DNA of 64,000 nt from Mustelus asterias (taxonomy: Eukaryota), in assembly GCF_964213995.1 (NCBI RefSeq), contig NC_135811.1:97092001-97156000 (forward strand), given 5' to 3'. The notes below the pieces were generated by a model. The model saw only the letters and a program-made list of their open reading frames with translations, did no database searches and was not told where the DNA came from. Made by a program: the position numbers and the translations under genes. Positions 1 through 11,574 of the stretch are shown here, one piece after another; the stretch's first letter is position 1; every line of letters begins with the position of its first letter.

Positions 1-263
1 CACTTCACCTAAATCAAACTGATTGGAATTTTACTCCTTCTCACTCTGCTCAATATCACATTAACATCTTCAACATCAATGAAAAGAGCAAAACTAGAAA
101 GACAAAGAGCCACCCCTCATTCTCTCATAATATCAGTTTCTATTTCATTCACTGAAACACTCCCAGTTCATAAAGAATCTCACCTTCCTGCACAGGCTGC
201 CTGCTGCTCGCCTGTCAATCATTAACATTGCTCCTCCCATCTGGGCTGTCACTGGCTGAGTAC

Positions 264-431
264 ATTCCAGAAGTCTCTGGAATGGCTCCAGTGGCTGTCA
301 CTGAGTCAACTCATTCTCCTTTCAGTCAAGGCTGAGATGAGACGTCATTTATTTTCAGTTCCCCTGTCAGAAACCCAGCAAAGTTGAGTTCATTCTGGAA
401 GTGTCTGGGTTTCTGCCACTAGAATATATAA
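264..431 (+). promoter_or_regulatory. Heat-shock promoter of hsp30 copy 1 (distal HSE, proximal HSE, TATA box)
   Basis: aTTCc-aGAAg-tCTCt-gGAAt at 264-283 (alternating nGAAn units); aTTCt-gGAAg-tGTCt at 392-406; TATATAA at 425-431, ~95 nt upstream of the ATG. Confidence 0.85.
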
Positions 432-524
432 GGCGTGTGTTCCGAGTGCTGCAGCAGATCAGAGACTGAAGACTGGGAGTTCACATCAGTGGCTTTGAAA
501 GAAGTGAGAGAAGAGGCAGAGACA

Positions 525-1175
525 ATGCTGAGCCTTCGGCCTTTCCACCCTTCACGTCAGTGCCAGCAGCCTGTGTACACATTGTGGCCTGTTCCACACA
601 GGCTCTGGGAGCCGCTTGGATGCAACATGTGGAATCAGGTGGAAGAAGCGAGAAAGAGCATGAACTTCACGGATCAAGTTCTTGAGGAGCTGGCAAAAGA
701 ATTTTGCGAGGAAAAGACAAGGAATCAGGAGAGGGGAGCTGAAGATAATGAAGAAGGTAAAAGACAATCAGGGGACAAGGATGGAGACGGCTTTTCTCTG
801 TCCCTGGATGTGCAGCGATTCTCCCCAGAAGAACTGAAGGTGAAAGTACTTGGAAAAAAAGTGCTGGTGACAGGAAAACATGAGAAGAAAAGCGATGATG
901 GCAGCGGCTTTTACAGCTATAAATATGAAGAGTTCAGGAGAGAATTTCAGCTGCCTGAAGATGTCGATGCTGAAGCTCTTAACTGCTGTTTGTCACAGGA
1001 CGGTCGGTTAAAGGTTCGAGCCCCACGCCTGGCACTGCTAGCTGTGAATGAACGAACCGTGCCCGTCAACGTCACCTCTGAGTTAACAACCACTCCCCGG
1101 CTAAATCCTGAGCAAGAGGCAGAGAAACAGCAGAGTGGAAAAGATGAGAAGAGAAATGAGGAGGATGGAAAATGA
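525..1175 (+). CDS. hsp30: Small heat shock protein HSP30/HSPB9-like, copy 1 (216 aa, intronless)
   Basis: Alpha-crystallin domain FSLSLDVQRFSPEELKVKV...GKHEKK...EEFRREFQLPEDVD...LSQDGRLKV and C-terminal V-P-V (IXI) motif. First ATG at 525 (MLSLRPF); AATAAA at 1366-1371. Confidence 0.92.
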   Translation: MLSLRPFHPSRQCQQPVYTLWPVPHRLWEPLGCNMWNQVEEARKSMNFTDQVLEELAKEFCEEKTRNQERGAEDNEEGKRQSGDKDGDGFSLSLDVQRFSPEELKVKVLGKKVLVTGKHEKKSDDGSGFYSYKYEEFRREFQLPEDVDAEALNCCLSQDGRLKVRAPRLALLAVNERTVPVNVTSELTTTPRLNPEQEAEKQQSGKDEKRNEEDGK

Positions 1176-4100
1176 ACAATTAAAACTCATTTTCAGTCAA
1201 GCTTTGTAAACTATAAATGTTAGTCTGTGTAGAACTGAATTACTGTGACAGTGATGTGATGTAGTAAGCTAAAAATGAATTATTGTTTTCTTCTCCTCTG
1301 TATCGAACTGTTCACTGTGTCTTCAGTATCATTCCTGTGGTTTATTTATATAAATGCTATATAAAAATAAAGATTTTGAAATTCTAATGGCTATGATTCA
1401 ATGCATTCCCATCATATAAAGACGATATTGGATATTGCAAAAACTGGCCACATACTTGGATTTCTGCTTATTGCTGGTTCTCATTTTAATGTGGTTTGAC
1501 TCAAGCCAGAAAAAAATAATATAAAAATCCCTCTCAAATTGAACTAAGGCTTGTTTATTAGTTTGAGGAAATTCTCGGATTTTCACCCAGTTGCTGGGTC
1601 AAAATCCTGGAATTCCCTCCCGAACAGCATTGTGGGTCAACCCACAGAACATGGACTGTAGTGATTTAAGAAGGCAGCTCACCACCACTCGGGGCAACTA
1701 GGGATGGGCAATTAATGTTGGCCAGCCCGCGACACCCATGTCCCACAAATGAATAAAGATACCTGGAATTCGCAACTTGTTTTATGAGGGTCAGTTCAAA
1801 AGGCTGGGCTTTTTTTCACCAGAGTTTAGACGGTGAGGGTAACTTGATTGAAGTATATCAAGTCCTGAACAGGATTGACAAAGTGGAATTGAAGGGATAT
1901 TTCCTCTCACGGGTAAGTCCAGAACTAGCGGACAATGTTTTAACATTGGACAGAGATGAGGAATTTTTATTTTACAATCATAGAGGTTTACAGCATGGAA
2001 ACAGGCCCTTTGGCCCAACTTGTCCATACCACCACTTTTTTTAAACCCCTAAGCTAGTTCCAATTGCCCACGTTTGGCCCATATCCCTCTATACCCATCT
2101 TACCCATGTAGCTGTCTAAATGCTTTTTAAAAGACAAAATTGTACCCGCCTCTACTACTACCTCTGGCAACTTGTTCCAGATACTCACCACCCTCTGTGT
2201 GAAAAAATTGCCCCTCTGGACCCTTTTGTATCTCTCCCCTCTCATCTTAAACCTGTGCCCTCTAGTTTTAGACTCCCCTACCTTTGGGAAAAGATATTGA
2301 CTATCTAGCTGATCTGTGCCCCTCATTATTTTATAGACCTCTATAAGATCACCCCTCAGCTTTCTACGCTCCTGAGAAAAAAGTCTCAGTCTATCCAGCC
2401 TCTCCTTATAACTTAAACCATCAAGTCCCGGTAGCATCCTAGTAAATCTTTTCTGCACTCTTTCTAGTTTAATAATATCCTTTCTATAATAGGGTGACCA
2501 GAACTGTACACAGTATTCCAAGTGTGGCCTTACTAATGTCTTGTACAACTTCAACAAGACGTCTCAACTCCTGTATTCAATGCTCTGACCAATGAAACCA
2601 AGCATGCTGAATGCCTTCTTCACCACTCTGTCCACCTATGACTCCACTTTCAAGGAGCTATGAACCTGTAACCCTAGTTCTCTTTGTTCTGTAACTCTCC
2701 CCAACGCCTTACCATTAACTGAGTAAGTCCTGCCCTGGTTCAGTCTACCAAAATGCATCACATCACATTTATCTAAATTATACTCCATCTGCCATTCATC
2801 AGCCCACTGGCCCAATTGATCAAGATCCCGTTGCAATCCGAAATAACCTTCTTCACTGACCACTATGCCACCAATCTTGGTGTCATCAGCAAACGTACTA
2901 ACCATGCCTCCTATATTCTCATCTAAATTATTAATATAAATGACAAATAACAGTGGACCCAGCACCGATCCCTGAGGCACACCGCTGGTCACAGGTCTCC
3001 AATTTGAAAAACAACCCTCTACAACCACCCTCTGGCTTCTGTCATCAAGCTAATTTTGTATCCATTTAGCTACCTCACCCTGGATCCCATGAGATTTAAC
3101 ATTATGCAACAACCTACCATGCGGTACCTTGTCAAAGGCTTTTCTAAAGACCATGTAGGCAACATCAACTGCATTGCCCTCATCTACCTTCTTGGTTATC
3201 CCATCAAAAAACGCAATCAAATTTGTGAGACATGATTTTCCAATCACAAAACCATGCTGACTGTCCCTAATTAGTCCTTGCATCTCTAAATGCCTGTAGA
3301 TCCTGTCTCCATCCAACCCTCTAATACTATGGCTGTCCCAGTCAATGTTGGGAAAGTTTAAATCCCCTAGTATTACCATCCTATTTTTCTTAGAGCTAAA
3401 GAACAAAGAACAATATAGCACAGGAACAGGCCCTTCGGCCCTCCAAGCCCGTGCCGCTCCCTGGTCCAAACTAGACCATTCTTTTGTATCCCTCCATTCC
3501 CACTCCGTTCATGTGGCTATCTAGATAAGTCTTAAACGTTCCCAGTGTGTCCGCCCCCACCACCTTGCCTGGCAGTGCATTCCAGGCCCCCACGACCCTC
3601 TGTGTAAAATATGTCTTTCTGATATCTGTGTTAAACCTCCCCCCCTTCACCTTGAACCTATGACCCCTCATGAACGTCACCACCGACCTGGGGAAAAGCT
3701 TCCCACCGTTCACCCTATCTATGCCTTTCATAATTTTATACACCTCTATTAAGTCTCCCCTCATCCTCTGTCTTTCCAGGGAGAACAACCCCAGTTTACC
3801 CAATCTCTCCTCATACCTAAGCCCCTCCATACCAGGCAACATCCTGGTAAACCTCCTCTGTACTCCCTCCAAAGCCTCCACGTCCTTCTGGTAGTGTGGC
3901 GACCAGAACTGGACGCAGTATTCCAAATGCGGCCGAACCAACGTTCTATACATCTGCAACATCAGACCCCAACTTTTATACTCTATGCCCCGTCCTATAA
4001 AGGCAAGCATGCCATATGCCTTCTTCACCACCTTCTCCACCTGTGATGTCACCTTCAAGGATCTGTGGACTTGCACACCCAGGTCCCTCTGCGTATCTGC

Positions 4101-4447
4101 ACCCTTTATGGTTCTGCCATTTATCGTATAGCTCCTCCCTACATTATTTCTACCAAAATGCATCACTTCACATTTATCAGGATTGAACTCCATCTGCCAT
4201 TTCTTTGCCCAAATTTCCAACCTATCTATATCCTTCTGTAGCCTCTGACAATGTTCCTCACTATCTGCAAGTCCTGCCAATTTTGTGTCGTCCGCAAACT
4301 TACTGATCACCCCAGTTACACCTTCTTCCAGATCGTTTATATAAATCACAAACAGCAGAGGTCCCAATACAGAGCTCTGCGGAACACCACAGGCCTCCAG
4401 CCAGAAAAAGACCCTTCCACTACCACCCTCTGTCTTCTGTGACCAAG

Positions 4448-5622
4448 GTAAGAAGTCTCACAACACCAGGTTAAAGTCCAACAGGTTTATTTGGTAGCAA
4501 ATACCATAAGCTTTCGGAGCTTGCTGCTCCTTCGTCAGATGGAGTGGTCTCTGTTCTCCAACAGTGCACAGACACAGAAATCAAGTTACAGAATACTAAT
4601 TAGAATGCAAAACTCTACAGCCAGCCAGGTCTTAAAAGGTACAGATAATGTGGTTGGAGGGAACATTAAACACAGGTTAAAGAGATGTGTATTGTCTCCA
4701 GACAGAACAGCTGGTGAGATTATGCAAGACCAGGGGCGAACTGTGGGGGTTACTGATAATGTGACATAAATCCAACATCCCGCTTTAGGCCGTCCTCATG
4801 TGTGCGGAACTTGGCTATCAGTTTCTGCTCAGCGACTCTGCGCTGTCGTGTGTCGTGAAGGCCACCTTGGAGAACGCTTACCTGAAGATCCAAGGCTGAA
4901 TGCCCGTGACTGCTGAAGTGCTCCCCCACAGGAAGAGAACAGTCTTGCCTGGTGATTGTCGAGCGGTGTTCATTCATCTGTTGTCGTAGCGTCTGCATGG
5001 TTTCCCCAATGTACCATGCCTCGGGACATCCTTTCCTGCAGCGTATCAGGTAGACAACGTTGGCCGAGTTGCAAGAGTATGTACCGTGTACCTGGTAGAT
5101 GGTGTTCTCACGTGAGATGATGGCATCCGTGTCGATGATCCGGCACGTCTTGCAGAGGTTGTTGTGGCAGGGTTGTGTGGTGTCATGGTCACTGTTCTCC
5201 TGAAGGCTGGTTAGTTTGCTGCGGACAATGGTCTGTTTGAGGTTGCGTGGTTGTTTGAAGGCAAGAAGTGGGGGTGTGGGGATGGCCTTGGCGAGATGTT
5301 CGTCTTCATCAATGACATGTTGAAGGCTCCGGAGGAGATGCCGTAGCTTCTCCGCTCCGGGGAAGTACTGGACGACGAAGGGTACTCTGTCCACCGTGTC
5401 CCGTGTTTGTCTTCTGAGGAGGTCGGTGCGGTTTTTCGCTGTGGCGCGTCGGAACTGTTGATCGATGAGTCGAGTGCCATATCCTGTTCTTATGAGGGCA
5501 TCTTTCAGCGTCTGGAGGTGTCTGTTGCGATCCTCCTCATCCGAGCAGATCCTGTGTATTCGGAGGGCTTGTCCGTAGGGGATGGCTTCTTTTACGTGTT
5601 TAGTGTGGAAGCTGGAGAAGTG
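4448..5622 (-). mobile_element. Penelope-like retroelement 3' part (RT thumb, GIY-YIG endonuclease, pLTR) inserted in CR1
   Basis: IPYGQALRIHRIC, C-x4-C-x2-C, NVVYLIRC...YIGET...EH (GIY-YIG); 13-bp duplication ttctgtgaccaag at 4435-4447 and 5634-5646. Confidence 0.9.
4504..4542 (-). ncRNA. Minimal type I hammerhead ribozyme motif in PLE pLTR
   Basis: Minus strand reads CCAU-CUGACGA-A-GGAGC-AGCAA-GCUCC-GAAA-GCU-U-AUGG. Confidence 0.75.
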
Positions 5623-7485
5623 GACCAAGCCAGTTCTGTGACCAAGCCAGTTCTCCACCCATCTAGCCACCTCCCCCTTTATCCCATGAGATCCAACCTT
5701 TTGCACCAGCCTACCATGAGGGACTTTGTCAAACGCTTTACTAAAGTCCATATAGACAACATCCACGGCTCTTCCCTCGTCAACCATTCTGGTCACTTCT
5801 TCAAAAAACTCCACCAGGTTAGTGAGGCATGACCTCCCTCCCACAAAACCATGCTGGCTATCGTTAATGAGTTTATTCCTTTCTAAATGCGCATACATCC
5901 TATCTCTAAGAATCTTCTCCAACAACTTCCCCACCACGGACGTCAAGCTCACCGGCCTATAATTACCCGGGTTATCCTTCCTACCCTTCTTAAATAATGG
6001 GACCACATTAGCTATCCTCCAATCCTCTGGGACCTCACCTGCGTCCAGTGACGAGACAAAGATTTGCGTCAGAGGCCCAGCGATTTCATCTCTCGTCTCC
6101 CTGAGCAGCCTTGGATAGATTCCATCAGGCCCTGGGGATTTGTCAGTCTTTATATTCTCTAACAAATCTAACACTTCCTCCCTTGTAATGGAGATTTTCT
6201 CTAACGGTTCAACACTCCCCTCCGAGACACTCCCAGTCAACACATCCCTCTCCATTGTGAATACCGACGCAAAGTATTCATTTAGGATCTCCTCTACTTC
6301 TTTGGGCTCTAAGCATAATTCCCCACTTTTGTCCCTGAGAGGTCCGATTTTTTTCCCTGACAACCCTTTTGTTCCTAACATATGAATAAAATGCCTTGGG
6401 GCTCTCCTTAATCCTGTCTGCCAAGGACATTTCGTGACCCCTTTTTGCTCTTCTAATTCCCTGTTTGAGTTCTTTCCTACTTTCTTTGTACTCCTCCAGA
6501 GCTCCCTCCGTTTTTAGCTGCCTGGACCTAACATACGCCTCTCTTTTCTTTTTGACCAGTCCCTCAATTTCCCTGGTTATCCACGGTTCTCGAATCCTAC
6601 CCTTCCTATCCTTCTTTTTTACAGGCACATGCCTGCCCTGTAGCCCTAACAACCGTTCCTTAAAAGACTCCCACATGCTAGATGTGGATTTACCCTCAAA
6701 CAGCCTCTCCCAATCAAGAGCTGCCAATTTCTGCCTAATCCCACTAAAGTTAGCCTTCCCCCAAATCCAACACCTTACCCATGGGACACCACGCATCCTA
6801 TCTGTAATCTCCTTACAGATTTGCTCCTCAATTTCCTGCTGACTATTTGGGGGCCTATATTAAAACCCTATCAAAGTGATTTTCCCCTTCTTATTTCTCA
6901 GTTCTACCCATATAGACTCAGTGGCCGAACCCTCGGATATATCCCCTCTCAGTACTGCCGTGATGTTTTCCCTGATCAAAAGTGCAACTCCTCCTCTCCT
7001 CTTACCTCCTGTTATATCTTTCCTATAGCATCTGTACCCTGGAACATTGAGCTGCCAGTCCTGTCCCTCCCTTAGCCATGTTTCAGTAATTGGTATAATG
7101 TCCCAGTCCCATGTACCATCCATGCCCTGAGTTCATCTGCCTTGCCCATCAGGCCTCTTGCATTTCCCTGACGGTTGTGTGACTTTGGAACTCTCTGCCT
7201 CAGAAAGGCGTGGAAGCAGGGTCACTGAATATTTTTAAGGCGGAGGTAGGTAGATTCTTATTTGGCAAAGGAATCAAAGGTTATTGGGGGTAGATGTGGA
7301 ATGGGGGAAGTGTGGAAAAGAATTGGAGAGGACTAGGAATAACAGGGGAGAGGAGGTGGGGAATAATGGGGTGGGGGAATAATAGGGAGGGGAAGTGACA
7401 ATAGGTTTATTTATTAGTGTCACAAGTAAGTGTACATGAACACTGCAGTGAAGTTACTGTGAAAATCCCAAGTAACAGGGTGGAA

Positions 7486-7805
7486 TAGGAGTGGCACAGT
7501 GGTTAGCATTGCTGCCTCACAGCGCCAGGGACCCATGTTCAATACCGGCCTTGGGTAACTGTGTGGAGTTTTCATGTTCTTTCGTGTCTGCGTGGGTTTC
7601 CTCCGGGTGCTCCAGTCTCCTCCCACACTCCAAAACTGTACAGATGAGGTTGGATTGGCAGTGCTAAATTGCCCCCTGGTGTCAGGGGATTAGCAGTGTA
7701 AATGCATGGGGTTACGGGGATAGGGCCTGGGTGGGATTGTTGTCAGTGCAGACTCAAGGGACCAAATGGCCTCTTTTTGGACTATAGGGATTCTATGACT
7801 CTATG
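7486..7805 (+). mobile_element. tRNA-derived SINE (HE1/V-SINE-like), tail type A (GATTCTATGA)
   Basis: A box gtggcacagtggttagc, B-box-like gttcaatacc, core gtctgcgtgggtttcctccgggtgctcc. Confidence 0.8.
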
Positions 7806-8014
7806 AATAATGAATAACTAATACATGTAGAATCACACCAGACAAAAGGAGCTATTTAGCTCATTATGCTGGTTTCAGCTCTTTCAAAGAGCTATCCAAT
7901 CTATTCTCTTAATCACAAGCCCCATAAATGATTTATTTTCAGTTCAGTATCCAATTCCCTTTGGAAAGCTGCCATTGAGTCTGTATCTTGCAAGCTTCAC
8001 ACATCCCAGTCCAT

Positions 8015-9268
8015 TTTTTGATTTGATTTATTATTGTCACATGTATTAGTATACAGTGAAAAGTATTGTTTCTTGTGCGCTATACAGACAAAGCATACCG
8101 TTCATTGAGAAGGAAAGGAGTGCAGACTGTAGTGTTACAGTCATAGCTAGGGTGTAGAGAAAGGTCAACTTAGTGCAAGGTAGATCCTTTCAAATGACTG
8201 ATGGCAGCAGGGAAGAAGCTGTTCTTGAGTCGGTTGGTACGCGACCTCAGACTTTTGTATCTTTTTCCCGACGGAAGTAAGTGGAAGAGAGCATGTCCGG
8301 TATGCATAGGGTCTTTAATTATGCTGGCTGCTTTTCCGAGGCTGCAGGAAGTGTAGACAGAGTTAATGGATGGGAGGCTACTTTGCGTGATGGATTGGGC
8401 TACATTCATGACCTTTTGTAGTTTCTTGCTGTCTTGGGCAGAGCAGGAGCCATACCAAGCTGCAAAACAACCAGAAAGAATGCTTTCTATGGTGCATTTG
8501 TAAAGGTTAGTGAGAGTCGTAGTGGACATGTCAAATTTCCTTAGTCTTCTGAGAAAGCAGAGGTGTTGGTGGGCTTTCCTAACTGTAGTGTCGGCATGGG
8601 GGGACCAGGACAGGTTGTTGGTGATCTGGACACCTAAAAACGTGAAGCTCTCGACCATTTCTACTTCGTCCCCATTGACGTAGACAAGGGCATGTTCTCC
8701 ACTACGCTTCCTGAAGTCGATGACAATCTCTTTCATTTTGATAACATTGAGGGAGAGATTATTGTTGTTGCACCAGTTCACCAGATGCTCTACCTCATTC
8801 CTGTACTCTGTCTCGTCATTGTTTGAGATCCGACCCACTACAGTGGTGCCGTCAGCAAACTTGAAAATCGAGTTGGAAGGGAATTTGGTCACACAGTCAT
8901 AGGTGTATAAGGAATATAGTAGGGAGATGAGAACACAGCCTTGTGGGGCACCGGTGTTGAGGATGATCATGGAGGAGGTGTTGTTGTCTATCCTTACTGA
9001 TTGTGGTCTGTGGGTTAGGATGTTCAGGATCCAGTCACAGAGGGAGAAGCCGGGGCCCCGGCCACAGAGTTTGGAGATGAGTTTCGTGGGAATAATGGTG
9101 TTGAAGGCTGAGCTGTAGTCAATAAATAGGAGTGTGACATAGGCGTCCTTGTTATCTAGGTGTTCCAGGGTTGAGTGCAGGATCAGGGAGATGGCGTCTG
9201 CTGTGGACCCTGTTGTGATGGTAGATGAACTGTAGTGGATCCAGGCAATCTAGGAGGCTGGATTTGAT
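8015..9268 (-). mobile_element. Rex1/Babar-type LINE 3' fragment
   Basis: ORF 8170-8970 TGAPQGCV...LYT...FAD(G)TT...FLRRLRKF...RLKNSFFP; tail read as tttgatttgatttattattgtcac. Confidence 0.8.
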
Positions 9269-9592
9269 CTTCTCAAACAGAAGCAATTCTGCTGGCCTTC
9301 CCTCTGGTTACACCACCAATTATATTAACATTGAAAAGTTTATTGATAAAATTCAGCAATGTTTTCCCCTGCATTATATTCAATTGTTAAAAATGAAGGA
9401 TGTATATTTAATGTGGATGTAAAGTTCTCAACATGATAATTCATGAAAGGCTCCATGACAGTTCACATAAAATTGCTTATCAACTGCAATATGAATCCGT
9501 ATTCCCCACTCTTTCTACTTTCCATCTTAATTGTGCATTCATTGTCAAGAGTTTACATTTCTACAACATGTAATATGTTATTAACAAATCAA

Positions 9593-9890
9593 CTGGTTAG
9601 CACTGCTGCCTCACAGCGCCAGGGACCCGGGTTTGATTTACTGCTTGGGTCACTGTCTGTGTGGAGTTTGCACTTTCTCCCCGTGTCTGCGTGGGTTTCC
9701 TCCGGGTGCTCCGGTTTCCTCCCACAGTCCAAAAGACGTGCTGGTTAGGTGCATTGGCCGTGCTAAATTCTCCCTCGGTGTAACCCGAACAGGTGCCGGA
9801 GAGTGGCGACTAGGGGATTTTCACAGTAATTTCATTGCAGTGTTAATGTAAGCATATTTGTGACACTAATAAATAAGCTTAAACTTAAAA
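9593..9890 (+). mobile_element. tRNA-derived SINE, tail type B (...gtgacactaataaata)
   Basis: Same head and core as the other SINE copies, different 3' tail. Confidence 0.8.
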
Positions 9891-10085
9891 CTTTAAAACT
9901 TGTATATTATCTGGGACCTTGTAATACGATTGTTGATGTTTCCCACTGTCCTGTACCAATCTAAACGCACAAGCTGCCTGTCACCAGTACAATAAATTTA
10001 CTGAAGGAATATAACTGCTCGCTGACACTACAAAAAATGTTACACACCTTACTGATATTGTAAGATGCAGACCTCAAGAATTTAG

Positions 10086-10370
10086 CATAGTATCCCTGCA
10101 GTGCAGAAGGAGGCCATTCAGCCCATCAAGCCTGCACTATCAACAATCCCACCCAGGCCGTATACCCATAACCCCACATATTTAATCTGCTAATCCCCCG
10201 ACACAAAGGGGCAATTTAGCATGGCCAATCCAACTAACCTGCACATCTTTGGACTGTGGGAGGAAACCCCTCGCAGACAAGATGCAACTCCACACAGTCA
10301 CACAAGGCCAGAATTGAATCCGGGTCCCTGGTGCTGTGAGGCAGCTGTGCTAACCACTGTGCCACCGTGG
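10086..10370 (-). mobile_element. tRNA-derived SINE, tail type A
   Basis: Reverse complement of the SINE head at ~10310-10370. Confidence 0.75.
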
Positions 10371-11021
10371 TTTAGGATTTAGGATTAGTAAGATTATTTA
10401 ACAGAAACTTAAAACTTGATTAAAATTAAAGAAACTTTTCTTTCCATCCCAGTTACGAATAGTGAATGGGTCACCTCATCGGAGCAGGTTTCCAACATCC
10501 AGTAAAGGAGTCTTGTACAGCCTGATGTCTATAATGGAAGACAAGCAGTTCTCACTGGTCATTGTGAGGCTGCAGGGAATCGAGGGACCTTCGCATAGAG
10601 AGCTACCTCACGTATTAATGCACAGGGTCTGTGCAATAGTTTTATTTTAATACCTTTTGGTTGGACTTGGTTCAAATAGAGGAAGATCTTGCCATATAGA
10701 ATTCTATCCCTGGGTGTGAAGTTCATCCAAATTAAAATAGTGCATTTACTGAGAGTGAAGGGACGTAAGCGGAGAGTTTTTGATGTTTAGAAAATAAGGC
10801 TTTTAAAAATAATAAATTGAATCATTGTCATTACCTTTCTAAGATATTTATTGCTTTAATACACATATATATATATAAAAATCCACATGAATACCAATAA
10901 CAACACAGTACTGACATACAAGATGAATTTTTAGAACTGTGCCATCAGATCATGTGCTGGGAAACACATTTTACCAAATAAACTACTTTGACATCTTACA
11001 AGAGTTCACTGCAATTGATCT

Positions 11022-11223
11022 TTAATTCTCCATTCCATCCCCACCAAACACCCCCTCCATCCTCTTCCCCTCATCTTTTCCACTCTGCTCTTTCTCTGCC
11101 TGTTGGTCAGGATTTAGTTCTGGAGTGGTTGGTGTCTCAGAGGTGGTGTTGACGGGCACGGTTCGTTCATTCACAGCAGGCAGTGCCAGGCGTGGGGCTT
11201 GAACCTTGAACCGACCGTCCTGT
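11022..11223 (-). pseudogene. 5'-truncated hsp30 remnant (C-terminal ~66 codons)
   Basis: QDGRFKVQAPRLALPAVNERTVPVNTTSETPTTPELNPDQQAEKEQSGKDEG; homology to intact copies stops at ~11223; no promoter and no N-terminus. Confidence 0.85.
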
Positions 11224-11574
11224 TGGTGCAATGGCTCTGTACAATAGTTTGATACATCTGTCCATGAATCTGTTTGGGGCAGATCATCGCAAAGAGAATT
11301 CTTGCTCTGGGTTTGAGGTTATTAAGTTATTTCTTTTTATGAAGGAACCAAGCAGAGTCATCATCATTTTATTCAAAAGTATTTATTGTTCCAATATACA
11401 CAGATATATGGAAATAATTCCCAGGAATGCTGAGAACATCACACTATTGACATACAAAATGGAAACAATTAATTTGCAGCATTGTGCCTTCATATCATGG
11501 TCTCAGAAACACATTTCTCTGTATAATCCATTCTTACACCTTACAACAGTTCACTGGAAATGAGTTTTAATTCT

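Larger units (their letters stand above)
3398..6797 (-). mobile_element. Younger CR1-type LINE nested inside the outer CR1, with (TTCTTTG)n tail
   Basis: ORFs 3471-4367, 5626-6381 and 6278-6796 with CR1 RT motifs (NYRPVSLTS, DFSKAFDKVPH, FADDTK); tail read as aagaacaaagaac at 3399-3411. Confidence 0.88.
2030..7165 (-). mobile_element. CR1-type LINE (outer, degraded), interrupted by a second CR1 and a PLE
   Basis: RT motifs SGVPQGSVLGP, FADDTK, LVRPHLEYCVQFWSP in ORFs 2054-3469; APE endonuclease remnants (ILGDLNFPNIDW, ITETWL, GGVALLI) at ~3330-3390 and 6800-7165. Confidence 0.85.

Noticed and set aside
435-524. 30-aa N-terminal extension (MCSECCSRS...) of the hsp30 ORFs in the ORF track
   Set aside because: It starts at a GTG 4 nt after the TATA box, upstream of the expected TSS. 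The real start is the ATG at 525, and equivalently in the other copies.
7280-7395. G-rich purine tract with G-quadruplex potential; poly-C at 40178-40196
   Set aside because: Low-complexity sequence adjoining TE remnants, with no evidence of function.
9443-9851. Recurrent short ORFs such as GHCLCGVCTFSPCLRGFPPGAPVSSHSPK found throughout the window
   Set aside because: They are translations of the SINE core. The SINE heads are tRNA-derived but lack a full cloverleaf, so no tRNA genes were called.
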